A stretch of 64,000 nucleotides of DNA from a virus (lineage: Duplodnaviria; Caudoviricetes). This document shows, one piece after another, positions 18,586 through 29,657 of this stretch (within the stretch, counting starts at the first letter, position 1; each line of letters opens with the position of its first letter). The position numbers were made by a program, and so were the translations under genes. The DNA lies in the IMG/VR virus record IMGVR_UViG_3300025392_000002. One strand, 5' to 3'. Under the pieces are notes generated by a model. It ran no database searches. It worked only from the letters and a program-made list of their open reading frames with translations, and was not told the DNA's origin.

Positions 18586-20061
18586 ATGGCTGTTGGTCGA
18601 ATTTCGGGTCCGCTCTTAAAAGATAATTTGCTTCGTAACGGGGTAAATTTAGCTTTTGAGACAAACCTACTTTTCTTGGATGTTGTAAACAGCCGCGTTG
18701 GCATTAAAACAGCATCGCCCGCTTACGACTTAGATGTAAATGGAACAACACGTTCTACAAATTTAACAGTAACTACACAAACCAATCTAGCAACATTTAC
18801 CTTTAATGGTAATACTTTAAGTAGTAGTAGTAACACAATTAATTTAACACCAAACGGTGTAAACCCTACTGTTTTTTCAGCAAATATCAATGTAGGTAGT
18901 CTAACTCTTAACAGTAATACAATTCAAGCCACTGGAACAAATACCGATGTAAATGTTACTGCTAGTGGTACAGGATCAATTAATTTAAATTCAAATACAT
19001 TAGTTACTGGGAACTTACACGCTACTGGAAATATTACAGCTGATGGTAATATCCAATTAGGAGCCGCAACTAATGATACTATTAGTTTCACAGGCGAAGT
19101 TAGTAGTAATATTTTACCAGCAGTTACTAACACATATAATTTAGGTAGCTCAAGTTTACAATGGAATAATGTTTATGCACAAAATGCTTCTATCGGCAAT
19201 TTAAGTGTAACTAATTTTTCAACTCCATCGCTGACTACTGCTAATCTTACAATTAGTAATAGTACTATTACGGCAACTCCAGCAAATACCGATATTAATT
19301 TTATCACTAGCGGTACTGGCGGAGTAAGTTTAGGTAATTTTAAATTCTATCAAAATACTATTACTAATACAGTATCAAATGCTGTTAGCCAGTTTTCTCC
19401 AACAACATTTACATTTGTTGGCGGAATTTCATCAGGTACAGCTATAACGCTTGTAGGCGCAAGTATTAGCGGAACAACACTAACATTTACTTCAGTTTCA
19501 GGTGGTACCGTTGCTGTAGGACAAATATTAAGCGGTGGATCAGTTACAGCAAACACTTATATTGTCAGTGGTTCAGGCTTAACTTGGACTGTAAATATTA
19601 GTCAAAATACAACTTGTACAACTAGTACTCCTGTGATACTTACAGTATCATCTACTACTGGTATATTAACACCGGGTGTGTATATTACATCAGGTGCGAC
19701 TACAAATACATTAATTACTGCAACTACTAACGAAAACGTTTCTCTTACCGGTAATGGCGGAGTAGGAACTTATTTGGTAAGCATTAGTCAAACAGTTAGT
19801 ACAAATACTACAATGTCTGCACTAGGAGCAGGTTATTTTAAAATTGCCGGTACATACGGATTTGTTATTCCTGTAGGATCAAATGCTCAACGTCCTGCAT
19901 TACAATATGAAGAAGTTGGTATGGTACGATTTAATACCGATTTACAATTAGTTGAAATATACAATGGATCAATATGGGGAAGCGTAGCAGGTAGTAGTGT
20001 AGGTGTAACAAGTTCAACTGCACAAGATATCGGTGTACAAACTGCACTGACTTTAGGATAA
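18586..20061 (+). CDS. virion fibre protein
   Basis: MAVGRISGPLL N-terminus, Asn/Thr-rich repeats, GMVRFNTD...EIY motif. Confidence 0.7.
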   Translation: MAVGRISGPLLKDNLLRNGVNLAFETNLLFLDVVNSRVGIKTASPAYDLDVNGTTRSTNLTVTTQTNLATFTFNGNTLSSSSNTINLTPNGVNPTVFSANINVGSLTLNSNTIQATGTNTDVNVTASGTGSINLNSNTLVTGNLHATGNITADGNIQLGAATNDTISFTGEVSSNILPAVTNTYNLGSSSLQWNNVYAQNASIGNLSVTNFSTPSLTTANLTISNSTITATPANTDINFITSGTGGVSLGNFKFYQNTITNTVSNAVSQFSPTTFTFVGGISSGTAITLVGASISGTTLTFTSVSGGTVAVGQILSGGSVTANTYIVSGSGLTWTVNISQNTTCTTSTPVILTVSSTTGILTPGVYITSGATTNTLITATTNENVSLTGNGGVGTYLVSISQTVSTNTTMSALGAGYFKIAGTYGFVIPVGSNAQRPALQYEEVGMVRFNTDLQLVEIYNGSIWGSVAGSSVGVTSSTAQDIGVQTALTLG

Positions 20062-20064
20062 TAA

Positions 20065-20397
20065 ATGACTACACTATTTAAAAATAAATTAGCAAGCGGA
20101 GTAGGCACTACCCCAACTACAATATTAACCAGTAGCGGAAGTGCTACTACTACAGTTGTTGGCCTTAGTATGACTAATACCACAGGAACTATATTGTTAG
20201 CTAGTGTTCAAATAAATGATACATTAGCCAGTACATCTGCATATTTTGTGCAAAACGTAGTAATACCTCCTAACACCACCGCCAGGATAATCAATGGCGG
20301 AGAACGATTAGTTTTAGGAGCAAGCAATACATTGATAATTACTTCAAATACTGCTAGCAGTCTAGACGTTGTATTAAGTTACGTTGAGATTAGTTAA
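20065..20397 (+). CDS. small structural protein
   Basis: 110 aa, IPPNTT...GGERLVL, LDVVLSYVEI. Confidence 0.7.
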   Translation: MTTLFKNKLASGVGTTPTTILTSSGSATTTVVGLSMTNTTGTILLASVQINDTLASTSAYFVQNVVIPPNTTARIINGGERLVLGASNTLIITSNTASSLDVVLSYVEIS

Positions 20398-20406
20398 GGA
20401 TAGATT

Positions 20407-20787
20407 ATGACATATTATGTTGGTAATGAATATAGTTTAAACGATTTATTGGGAGAAGGTAATCCTAGATATTTTTACGGATTACGTCGCCAAGATGATG
20501 GCACTTTGTTATTCAACAAAGTAGATCAGTTAAGTTCTACAGCAAGTATAAACATTAATGTTCCAGGGCCTAACAGCGGTAACTTTGAAAACTTTGAATA
20601 TGGCGTAGATTTTTTTGATGGAAGATTAGCAACCGATCATAGCAGACCTTACCCTAACTTATACTTTGATCAATATCGTTGGGATAGTAAAAATTGTTAT
20701 TATTATATTGATTCGCAAGGACAACTAGTTGTTCGTGTTAATCAGGCGTATACATACTCTGCCGCTCAAATCGTTAGTGCAAATTAA
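20407..20787 (+). CDS. conserved-looking structural-region protein
   Basis: 126 aa, YFYGLRR..DG.L and YYIDSQGQLVVRVN motifs; AAGGA SD. Confidence 0.7.
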   Translation: MTYYVGNEYSLNDLLGEGNPRYFYGLRRQDDGTLLFNKVDQLSSTASININVPGPNSGNFENFEYGVDFFDGRLATDHSRPYPNLYFDQYRWDSKNCYYYIDSQGQLVVRVNQAYTYSAAQIVSAN

Positions 20788-20799
20788 TAGGATATAAAA

Positions 20800-23700
20800 A
20801 TGGCATCAGAATTTAAAATTGGAAGATTAAGATTTACATGGAAAGGTGTGTGGACACCAAATACTGTTTACGCTCGAGATGACGTAGTTAGCTACCAAGG
20901 TAAAACATACGCATGTGTTCTTCCAAATACCTCAAGTTCAACAAATTTTTATAATGACTTGTATTATGTAACTCAAACAGGTGCAAGCACACCTTATTGG
21001 AGTTTAATTGTTGACGGAAAAACATTTGTTAGTTCGAATAATGGACAGTGGCAAACTGGCCAGGCATATAGCTTAGGTAATATTATTATCTTTGGCGGTG
21101 TGGTGTATTATTGTAGTACAGCTCATACTAGTACAGCATTTGCATCTGATATCGCAAACTGGACTGAGTATACAGAATTCAATGCTTGGAGATCGGTAGG
21201 TTGGGTTCCAAATTATGCGTATGGTAAAAACGATGTTGTAAAATACGGTGGTATAGTTTATAAGTGTATCGCTAATCATACTAGTGCCGCTACAGCCGCA
21301 TTAGGTTTAGAAGCCAATCAAAGTGCGTGGACCATTGTCGATAGCGGAATAGAATACAAAGGAACTTGGACTACAAGTACTAGATATAAAACAAATGATA
21401 TTGTAAAGTATGGCCCAGATATTTGGATTTCAAATAGCGGCCACACAAGTTCTATATCTGTAGGACTTAGCACAGTCTCAATTACTAATACAACAGGTCA
21501 GTTTTCTTATTCAGGTCCTGCATTAACAGTAGGACAATCTATTACAGTTACAGGGCAATTATCGGCAACTGCATCCGGATCAATTTCTTTATATAGCGGA
21601 AGCACAGCAATATATTATGTTAGCGCAACTAACGGATCGAATACATTTGTTTTGTCAGATACATACGCACATGCTCTTGCTGGAACAAATCAATTAACAA
21701 CCGTTGCTGGAACAACAACTGGTTTAATTTTTAGTATAAGCGGTTTTGATCAAGGTAAATGGTCAATTTGGATGCCAGGTTTAGAATATCTTGGAGCATG
21801 GAATGCCGCTACAACTTATCAAACTGGCGATACTACAATGTATGGTGGTTATACATACATAAGTAAAACTGCAAACAACATTGGTAACACTCCATCTGTA
21901 GATTCAACAGACTGGGCAGTTGAAACACAAGGATTTAATTTTAGGGGTGAATGGGGCCAGACAACTCCTTACAAAGTTGGTGATGTTATACGTCGCCACG
22001 GTATGTTGTTTGATGCTATTGCTGATAACCTTGGACAAGACCCAAACTCATACAGCGTAACAAAAACTTATTCTTCAACAGGTAGCTCTGGTACTATATT
22101 AAAACTTAATTCTGTAACAGGTATAACGGTTGGTATGAATATTATTGGTGCTGGTTTTACAGCCGGCCAAACTGTAATTGCTATCGATACAACTGCAATC
22201 ACTGTTACAATAAGTAGTGTCAATGATACTCCTTTAGTTGATGCACAGCTTCTTTATTTTGTAGGTATTAATTATATCTATTGGAAGGCAGTTATTCCTG
22301 GAAGATTATGGACTAAGTCATGGGTTACTGCAACAACATATACAATTGGTGACCTAGTAGTTTGGCAAAATGGTACTTATGTTTGTGTACAAACACACTT
22401 GTCAGGATATTCAACTAGTCGACCAGATCTCGACACTACAAATACATACTGGATTTTTTACATCCCACATGCTAGAAAAAATGCTATGAATACTGTAGGG
22501 GATCTTGAATACTATTCAAGCACTACTAGTTCATACACTGCATTACCTATTGGAACAAATCAGTATACATTAAAAGCAGTTTCTACAACAGGTGCTAACG
22601 GAGTTATAACAACATCTCCTAGTTGGAATAAAATTAATCAAGTAGGTGCTGTTTATTATGTTTCAACAAAAACTGGTATAGATCGTCCAGACTATGGTAC
22701 AACTTGGGATCAACCTTGGAAATCTATTGCCTATGCTTGTAACTATATTGGTCAAGGTACATTATATCAAGGAGCAGTTGCTAATCTTGTAGCAAACAAA
22801 ACTTGGATGACTACTGAAATGTACTACTGGATGGTTTATCAAAAATCAATCAGTGCAAATGGGTTCACTTCAAGCTCTGTATTTGATCAGACAAAGACTA
22901 TAAGGGATGCTGGTTATATTATTGATGCACTTGTATATGATATGGCACGAGGCGGAAATAGTCAAATTGTTGCGGCAACTCTAGCTTATTTTGCATTTGG
23001 TAGCACTAACACAATTATCAATAGTACAGTATTAGCCGAGTTACCTTATTTTATTGCCGCATTAAATCAACTAGCATCGCTTATACAAAATGTATTAACC
23101 AATACTGTTCCTGCGCTAACTGTCGGATCCAACAATTATACAGGATCGATTTATCAAACATTAAATTCAATTGTTCCAGTTGTGTATCAAAGTTTTGGAA
23201 CTACAGATTCTACTTCGCCTGCCTATGCGGCATCGTTGTTGACTATTGTTACAACAGCATTGACTAATCAAAATACTTCGTCAGTACCGACACCAAATAC
23301 TGGTACTACTGCAAGTATTTTTATTAAAACTGGAAGTTATTATGAAACACTGCCAATTACAGTTCCAGAAAACACATCTATAATTGGTGACGAGCTACGT
23401 AGTGTAACAGTAGCACCTGCAATAAGTTTAACTTTACAATGTACTGCCGCAACCGGATCAAGTAATTTATTCACAGTAAATTCTACAAATCAGTTTACAG
23501 ATCAAATGGCTTTACAATTTGCCAACCCATCTACTCCAGCAGTTATTGGAACTAATCCTTACTATGGGTTTGGTGGTATTACTCCCGGAACAACTTATTA
23601 TGTAATAGGATCTAGTATTTCATCGACTCAGTTTAAAGTTACAGCATCTACTGGTACATATTATGGAGTTAGCGGAACAAATATTGCATCTTCTGGAATA

Positions 23701-26700
23701 AATGCAACATTTAACGTATCTCCAAATCAAAATGGAACTTATACTGTAGCTGTTGTTTATCCAGGTAGTGGATATGCTCAAGGAGATACTATAAGAATAT
23801 CTGGAAGTAGTGTAGGTATTCCTACAACTACCGCAGGATTATTTGTTACAGGTTTCCAATATGCTATTACATCATTGGGCACAACAGATTTTACAGCAAT
23901 TGGTGCAAGTGCAAATACAATTGGTGGAAGATTTGTAGCAACAGGTCCTGGATCTGGTACTGGTACTGCTACAAATACCTACAATGATATTACTGTAACT
24001 GTGCTTACAGTATCTTCTGGAGGTATTGCTACTATTAATACAACTAGCACTTCAGTATTTCCATTGGTTACTGGTTCTGGAACTGTTGCTACAGGAACCC
24101 ATATGGTAATATATGCCGGTGACTGTGTTAAAGATATGTTCCGTTTGAGAAACGGTACAGGTCTACGTAACATGACTTTCACTGGATTGTTAGGTTCGTT
24201 AACTACCGCCGATCAATTTTATATACAGCGTCCAACAGCAGGCAGTTATGCTTGCCTAGATCCAGGTACAGGACCAAACGACACTACTGCTTGGATCTTC
24301 CGACGTAGTCCTTATGTACAAAACGTTACAGCATTTGGTAATGGTTGTACTGGATTGAAGATTGATGGAACCTTGCATAACGGTGGAAATAAATCGATCG
24401 TTTGTAATGACTTTACACACATTATTAGTGATGGTATTGGTATTTGGTGTACTGGCCCAAGTGCATTAACAGAAGCTGTTTCAGTATTCTCATACTATGG
24501 ATATACTGGTTACTTTGCAGAAGCTGGTGGAAGAATTCGTGCTACCAACGGTAACACTTCATATGGTACATACGGAGTTATTGCTGAAGGGTATGACTCT
24601 ACCGAAACCCCAGCAACTGGTATTGTTTTTAATCAAAGTGCTCAAGTACAGGCATCGGTACAACAAGCATTTGGTTCTCAAGCACAGTTAGTAAGATTAA
24701 ATTTCTCTAATGCAGGATCTGCATATAATACAACAACTACTAACTTATTAAATTATAGTAATAACTTTTTAGGTGCTAATTGGTTTACAGATACTAACGT
24801 AACATTTAATAAAAATACCATTGCGTTAACTGGACTAACTGAAGCATGGAGTATGACTGGCGGAACCACTGGCCCAGATGGTAGCTATGTTTATCAAAAT
24901 ATCAGTGTGCCAGCACCAGGATTTACATATTCTGGTTTAAGCGGCGTAAACATTTCTGGTAGCGGTGGTACCGGAGCTAATAGTCCAGCAACATTTAATA
25001 TTACTGTTACTGCAACATCATATGTTGTTACCGTTGCTAGCGGTGGCGGCGGTTATGTTTCTGGAAATCAAATATCTATTTCTGGAAGTCAATTAGGCGG
25101 TGTTAATAGTGTTAACGATTGCGTTATCACTGTAGCTAGTACCGCAGGTAGTGCAGTATATACAATCACTAGTTCAGGAACTGTTCCAACTAATAGTGCT
25201 TTAGGTTATACACTGAGTGTATATGTTAAACAAGGCACGTCTGCGATTGTTGACTTGTACGCATTATTTTCCGGATCTTCTAGTCCAGCATTGACTAGTG
25301 GTATCAGTTATAACTTTAATACAGGTGTAGTAACACCTACAAGTTCCAACGGCGGTTTAACTCCTAGTAGATACGGAGCAATTAATCAACAATTATCGTC
25401 CACCGATAATACAGCTGGCTGGGTAAGATTATGGTTCTCAGTATATGATACTTCTGGGTTGAATACAACTTTACAATATAGATTGTATCCAAGAGGTTAT
25501 AGCGGATTCACTGGACAATACACATATATCTATGGATCACAAGTAGAATTATCAAAATCTAATTACACACCAAGTTTCTATTTAGAAGTTGCTAACGTTT
25601 CTAAATTTACTGCTTATGCTAACTTTAACGTTAGCGGTGCGGGTACGGGCGTTGTTACTATTGGCGATGAACTTAGAACTCAAGCAGTATTTCAAGCTCG
25701 TGTTGTAACTGATAGTAATGGTGTTACAGGCGGCTCAGGATACTTAACTGCAAGTAATAATGCACAGGGTGGAACAAATCAATATTTACAACTAGCACAG
25801 TCTGATACAAATACTAACGGAAACTATACAGGTATGCGTGCCTTTGTACAATCTGGTACAGGTGCAGGACAATATGGTTATATTTCATACTATAACGCTT
25901 CAACTAAGACAGCTTGGATTTTAAAAGAATCATTTGCAACTTTACCAGTGACTGCTACAACTGCGTCTAGTAGTTTGTTTTCATTGACTGGCGCTACAAC
26001 TGCAACTTTATATTTGAATCAACCAGTACAGTTTATTCCAACATACTATACAACATCAGTAAGTTCTACTTCTCTTGGAACAACCACAGTTACAACTTCA
26101 ATCGGCGGCACAACAAACACGTTCTCTGTTTCCAGTACTGTTGGTCTGTATTATAATCAAGCAGTTACATTTACTGGATCAACTTTTAGTACTGTAACTT
26201 CGGGCAACACTTACTATATATTTGCAATTATTGATGCAACAACTATTCAAATAACTAATCAACCTTATGGTACTGTTTGGCAGTTGACAAATTCAGTTGG
26301 TACAATGACCATGAATTTTAACTCCAATACTAGCTATTTGTCAGGATCTACAACTAACATGGTTGTTAACTATCCAATACAGTTTACTGGATCAGCACTA
26401 GGTGGATTATCTGTTGGTACAGTATATTATATTAATGATATTATTAGTACTAGTAACTTTACAGTTTCAGCATTATTAATTACATCAACTGTGACTGCAA
26501 CTACAGCTGGAACAGTTAACGGTGCAACAAATTCATACTGGGGCTCTAACTTACCTGTTCTCACTGTAGCTTCTACCGCAGGACTAATAAGTTTAAATCC
26601 AATTGTGTTTACAAGTCCAATGATTGGCGGCCTTGTTGACTCTCAAAAATATTATATTGCTAAAATTGTAGACTCATATACTTTTGCAGTAGCAACAACT

Positions 26701-29610
26701 TTAATTAGTGTAACTGCTACAAAATTTGAAGCAGGAACAAACTTGATTACTGTAACTAGTACCACTGGGTTCCAACAAGATTATCCAATCAAATTTACCG
26801 GCTTGGCAATGAATACTATCAGCCCAGACGTTGTTTATTATATTCAGGCGGTTAACGATACTACAACATTTACAATTACAACGTATCCAGGACAAGCATC
26901 TTTACAATGTACAGCAACTACTAGTGGATTTATGACAGCCAGTACATGTCCGTATGCACAAGCAGTGACCACAGTTGCTAGTGGTGGCACTATGACACTA
27001 ACTACAACATCTGCTAAGACAACAGTATCTGTTGGTGTTGGATCTATGAATGCAACTTTCTCTACATTATTGTTTGGTAATCCTAGCCTAGGACAAACAT
27101 ATTATGTACAGTCAATTCCTAGTACATCTCAATTTGCAGTTTCTCTTGCAAGAGGAACTGTATCGGGAACTAGTACATCGGCAAGTCCAATTGCTCTTCT
27201 TGATAAAACTGGTGCTATGAGTGTTGCCGCAGTTGGTTGGGATCATATAAACCCAGGAACACAAATTTTATCAACACTAGATAGTTCAAGCGTTTATTAT
27301 ATTGAACCAAGAACAATATTTTCTGGGCCAGGATTTAGTCAATCAGTTGCAACTTCTGTAATTTCTCTATCAGTAGGAACAACATATAGTTCAATAGCTT
27401 ATGGAAACAATTATTGGATTGCACTGCCATCATCAAACACCGCGGCTGCTGGATCTAACGATGGGTCGACATGGACCAGTATCACACTTCCAGCAAATTA
27501 TCCTTGGACAGGAATTGCCTACGGTAACGGCTATTGGATTGCAATCAGTTCAGGCGGATTAACTAATTCAGTATTTGCAATTTCTAAATCTAACGGCCAA
27601 GGCTGGAGAACTACAAACGTTTCATCTAATACATGGTCTAACATTGCATATGGTAATGCAGTATTTGTAGTACTTACTAATAACTCAACTTCTGCGTTGT
27701 ATAGTACTAACTATGGAACTAGTTTTAGTTCATCTACTTTACCAACAACAGCCGCATGGTCTGGTGTAACATGGGGTGGAAGTGTTCTTACTAGTGGATA
27801 TCCTGGAAGATTTGTAGCAGTTGCAAATGGATTATTATACACTGTTGCCGCTACAGGCGGTACTGGCAGCAATGCCACTTTCTTAGTAAAAGTACAACCA
27901 ACTGGATATAGTGTAACATTGACTAGCATTGCCGGATCAGGCTATACTGCTAACGATTCTCTTACAATCGCAGGTACTAGTTTAGGCGGAACATCTGCTA
28001 ATAATATTACTATTACGGTAACGGCAGTAAGCGGTTCGCTAACTGGTAACGCAGTTTCAACATTTACTTCATCGGGAACTGCACCATTAAATACATCAAC
28101 TGTTGCCGCATATAGTAATACTGGCCAAACATGGTTTAGTACAACTTTACCATCAAGTGCTACATGGAATTCTGTTGCATTTGGTAACGGACTATTTGTA
28201 GCAGTATCAAACACATCTGCACCGCCTGCATATTCAACAGACGGTACTAACTGGTATAGTGCAAATAACAAATTCTCAGCAGATAAGGTATCATACGGAC
28301 AAGGTGTATTCCTTGCAGTTTCTGCATCTAGCGGATTAGCCTATACTAGCGAGAACGGTGCAGATTGGAAACCACAAACAATTACTAATGACGGATATAG
28401 TGCAATGGCATTTGGGTTCATTGGTGCATCTGGGCCAACACAATACACTGGTGTGTTTGCAACACTGGCCGGAAGAAATACTGGAAGTGTTATCAGTGCA
28501 GGATGCCAAACAAAAGGTCGTCCAAGCATTACATCTAATGTTATCTCAAGCATTGTATTATTTGAACCTGGTTCAAATTATTCTTCACCTCCAACTGTAA
28601 CATTTACAGATCCTAACGTTACTACATTGGCATTAATTAGTTCAAGAACATCTAACGGTGTATTGAGTAGTCCTACTTTTGTATCAAGAGGTTCAGGATA
28701 TAACACAAACTCTACTGCTGTTATTACTTCTGGTAATGGTTACTCCGACCAGTATCAAACAGGATTGACTGTAATTTTAAATAATTTAACAAGATTACCT
28801 AGCCCAGGCGATAACTTAACTATCACAGGTGTAAGTCAGATCTATAAAGTTACCAGTGCATATAGTGTTTATAACACAGTGGTACCTTACTTAGAAGCTA
28901 ACGTGAGTGTTAGCCCATCTATTTCAACTGCTAATGCAACTGCTAACGGTACTACTGTTAGTATTAGAAGTAAGTACAGTCAAGCTCGATTAACCAACCA
29001 TGACTTCTTAAATATTGGTTACGGAGATTTTATATTAAGTAACTATCCAGGTTTCCCAATAGGGGCTTATGTAGCAACTTCTAATAATCAAACTGTTGAG
29101 GTTAACTATGGACGAGTATTCTACACGTCAACTGACCAAGACGGTAACTTTAAAGTTGGTAACTTGTTTGGAGTTCAACAGGCGACAGGTATTGTTACAT
29201 TAAGTGCTAGTCAATTTGGACTATCTGGATTGAATAGTTTGAGTATTGGTGGTATTGCTGTCGGTGGATCAGGAACTGTTATTAGTCAGTTTAGCACTGA
29301 CGGTACATTTACGGCTAACAGCGACAACATTGTTCCTACACAAAAAGCTATTAAGAAATACTTAACTGATAGATTGTCAGCAGGTGGATCAAATACATTT
29401 ACAGGACAATTAACCGCAGGTACAGTTGTTGTGGGCGGTCCAAACTTTATAAGATCAAGTATTCCAAGCGGAACTGGTTCAAGTGTGAAATTTACTGCTA
29501 AGGCAAATATTGCCGGATCTACCGCAGGTGTTGACGGTAACTTGGCAGCATTGGATTTCTTCCACAGACATAGTAATAAACGAAACTGGGGCGGTGGTTT
29601 TACAGGTTAA
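20800..29610 (+). CDS. giant virion structural/fibre protein A (2936 aa)
   Basis: N-terminal CBM-like W..Y..xD.V.YGG..Y.C repeats, beta-helix-like core, YGNG.F/WVA propeller-like repeats, HDFL.IG and STDQDGNF C-terminal motifs. Confidence 0.8.
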   Translation: MASEFKIGRLRFTWKGVWTPNTVYARDDVVSYQGKTYACVLPNTSSSTNFYNDLYYVTQTGASTPYWSLIVDGKTFVSSNNGQWQTGQAYSLGNIIIFGGVVYYCSTAHTSTAFASDIANWTEYTEFNAWRSVGWVPNYAYGKNDVVKYGGIVYKCIANHTSAATAALGLEANQSAWTIVDSGIEYKGTWTTSTRYKTNDIVKYGPDIWISNSGHTSSISVGLSTVSITNTTGQFSYSGPALTVGQSITVTGQLSATASGSISLYSGSTAIYYVSATNGSNTFVLSDTYAHALAGTNQLTTVAGTTTGLIFSISGFDQGKWSIWMPGLEYLGAWNAATTYQTGDTTMYGGYTYISKTANNIGNTPSVDSTDWAVETQGFNFRGEWGQTTPYKVGDVIRRHGMLFDAIADNLGQDPNSYSVTKTYSSTGSSGTILKLNSVTGITVGMNIIGAGFTAGQTVIAIDTTAITVTISSVNDTPLVDAQLLYFVGINYIYWKAVIPGRLWTKSWVTATTYTIGDLVVWQNGTYVCVQTHLSGYSTSRPDLDTTNTYWIFYIPHARKNAMNTVGDLEYYSSTTSSYTALPIGTNQYTLKAVSTTGANGVITTSPSWNKINQVGAVYYVSTKTGIDRPDYGTTWDQPWKSIAYACNYIGQGTLYQGAVANLVANKTWMTTEMYYWMVYQKSISANGFTSSSVFDQTKTIRDAGYIIDALVYDMARGGNSQIVAATLAYFAFGSTNTIINSTVLAELPYFIAALNQLASLIQNVLTNTVPALTVGSNNYTGSIYQTLNSIVPVVYQSFGTTDSTSPAYAASLLTIVTTALTNQNTSSVPTPNTGTTASIFIKTGSYYETLPITVPENTSIIGDELRSVTVAPAISLTLQCTAATGSSNLFTVNSTNQFTDQMALQFANPSTPAVIGTNPYYGFGGITPGTTYYVIGSSISSTQFKVTASTGTYYGVSGTNIASSGINATFNVSPNQNGTYTVAVVYPGSGYAQGDTIRISGSSVGIPTTTAGLFVTGFQYAITSLGTTDFTAIGASANTIGGRFVATGPGSGTGTATNTYNDITVTVLTVSSGGIATINTTSTSVFPLVTGSGTVATGTHMVIYAGDCVKDMFRLRNGTGLRNMTFTGLLGSLTTADQFYIQRPTAGSYACLDPGTGPNDTTAWIFRRSPYVQNVTAFGNGCTGLKIDGTLHNGGNKSIVCNDFTHIISDGIGIWCTGPSALTEAVSVFSYYGYTGYFAEAGGRIRATNGNTSYGTYGVIAEGYDSTETPATGIVFNQSAQVQASVQQAFGSQAQLVRLNFSNAGSAYNTTTTNLLNYSNNFLGANWFTDTNVTFNKNTIALTGLTEAWSMTGGTTGPDGSYVYQNISVPAPGFTYSGLSGVNISGSGGTGANSPATFNITVTATSYVVTVASGGGGYVSGNQISISGSQLGGVNSVNDCVITVASTAGSAVYTITSSGTVPTNSALGYTLSVYVKQGTSAIVDLYALFSGSSSPALTSGISYNFNTGVVTPTSSNGGLTPSRYGAINQQLSSTDNTAGWVRLWFSVYDTSGLNTTLQYRLYPRGYSGFTGQYTYIYGSQVELSKSNYTPSFYLEVANVSKFTAYANFNVSGAGTGVVTIGDELRTQAVFQARVVTDSNGVTGGSGYLTASNNAQGGTNQYLQLAQSDTNTNGNYTGMRAFVQSGTGAGQYGYISYYNASTKTAWILKESFATLPVTATTASSSLFSLTGATTATLYLNQPVQFIPTYYTTSVSSTSLGTTTVTTSIGGTTNTFSVSSTVGLYYNQAVTFTGSTFSTVTSGNTYYIFAIIDATTIQITNQPYGTVWQLTNSVGTMTMNFNSNTSYLSGSTTNMVVNYPIQFTGSALGGLSVGTVYYINDIISTSNFTVSALLITSTVTATTAGTVNGATNSYWGSNLPVLTVASTAGLISLNPIVFTSPMIGGLVDSQKYYIAKIVDSYTFAVATTLISVTATKFEAGTNLITVTSTTGFQQDYPIKFTGLAMNTISPDVVYYIQAVNDTTTFTITTYPGQASLQCTATTSGFMTASTCPYAQAVTTVASGGTMTLTTTSAKTTVSVGVGSMNATFSTLLFGNPSLGQTYYVQSIPSTSQFAVSLARGTVSGTSTSASPIALLDKTGAMSVAAVGWDHINPGTQILSTLDSSSVYYIEPRTIFSGPGFSQSVATSVISLSVGTTYSSIAYGNNYWIALPSSNTAAAGSNDGSTWTSITLPANYPWTGIAYGNGYWIAISSGGLTNSVFAISKSNGQGWRTTNVSSNTWSNIAYGNAVFVVLTNNSTSALYSTNYGTSFSSSTLPTTAAWSGVTWGGSVLTSGYPGRFVAVANGLLYTVAATGGTGSNATFLVKVQPTGYSVTLTSIAGSGYTANDSLTIAGTSLGGTSANNITITVTAVSGSLTGNAVSTFTSSGTAPLNTSTVAAYSNTGQTWFSTTLPSSATWNSVAFGNGLFVAVSNTSAPPAYSTDGTNWYSANNKFSADKVSYGQGVFLAVSASSGLAYTSENGADWKPQTITNDGYSAMAFGFIGASGPTQYTGVFATLAGRNTGSVISAGCQTKGRPSITSNVISSIVLFEPGSNYSSPPTVTFTDPNVTTLALISSRTSNGVLSSPTFVSRGSGYNTNSTAVITSGNGYSDQYQTGLTVILNNLTRLPSPGDNLTITGVSQIYKVTSAYSVYNTVVPYLEANVSVSPSISTANATANGTTVSIRSKYSQARLTNHDFLNIGYGDFILSNYPGFPIGAYVATSNNQTVEVNYGRVFYTSTDQDGNFKVGNLFGVQQATGIVTLSASQFGLSGLNSLSIGGIAVGGSGTVISQFSTDGTFTANSDNIVPTQKAIKKYLTDRLSAGGSNTFTGQLTAGTVVVGGPNFIRSSIPSGTGSSVKFTAKANIAGSTAGVDGNLAALDFFHRHSNKRNWGGGFTG

Positions 29611-29657
29611 TCCCCATAAATCAACTTAAGATAAATATATTAGAGGAATAAAATAAA

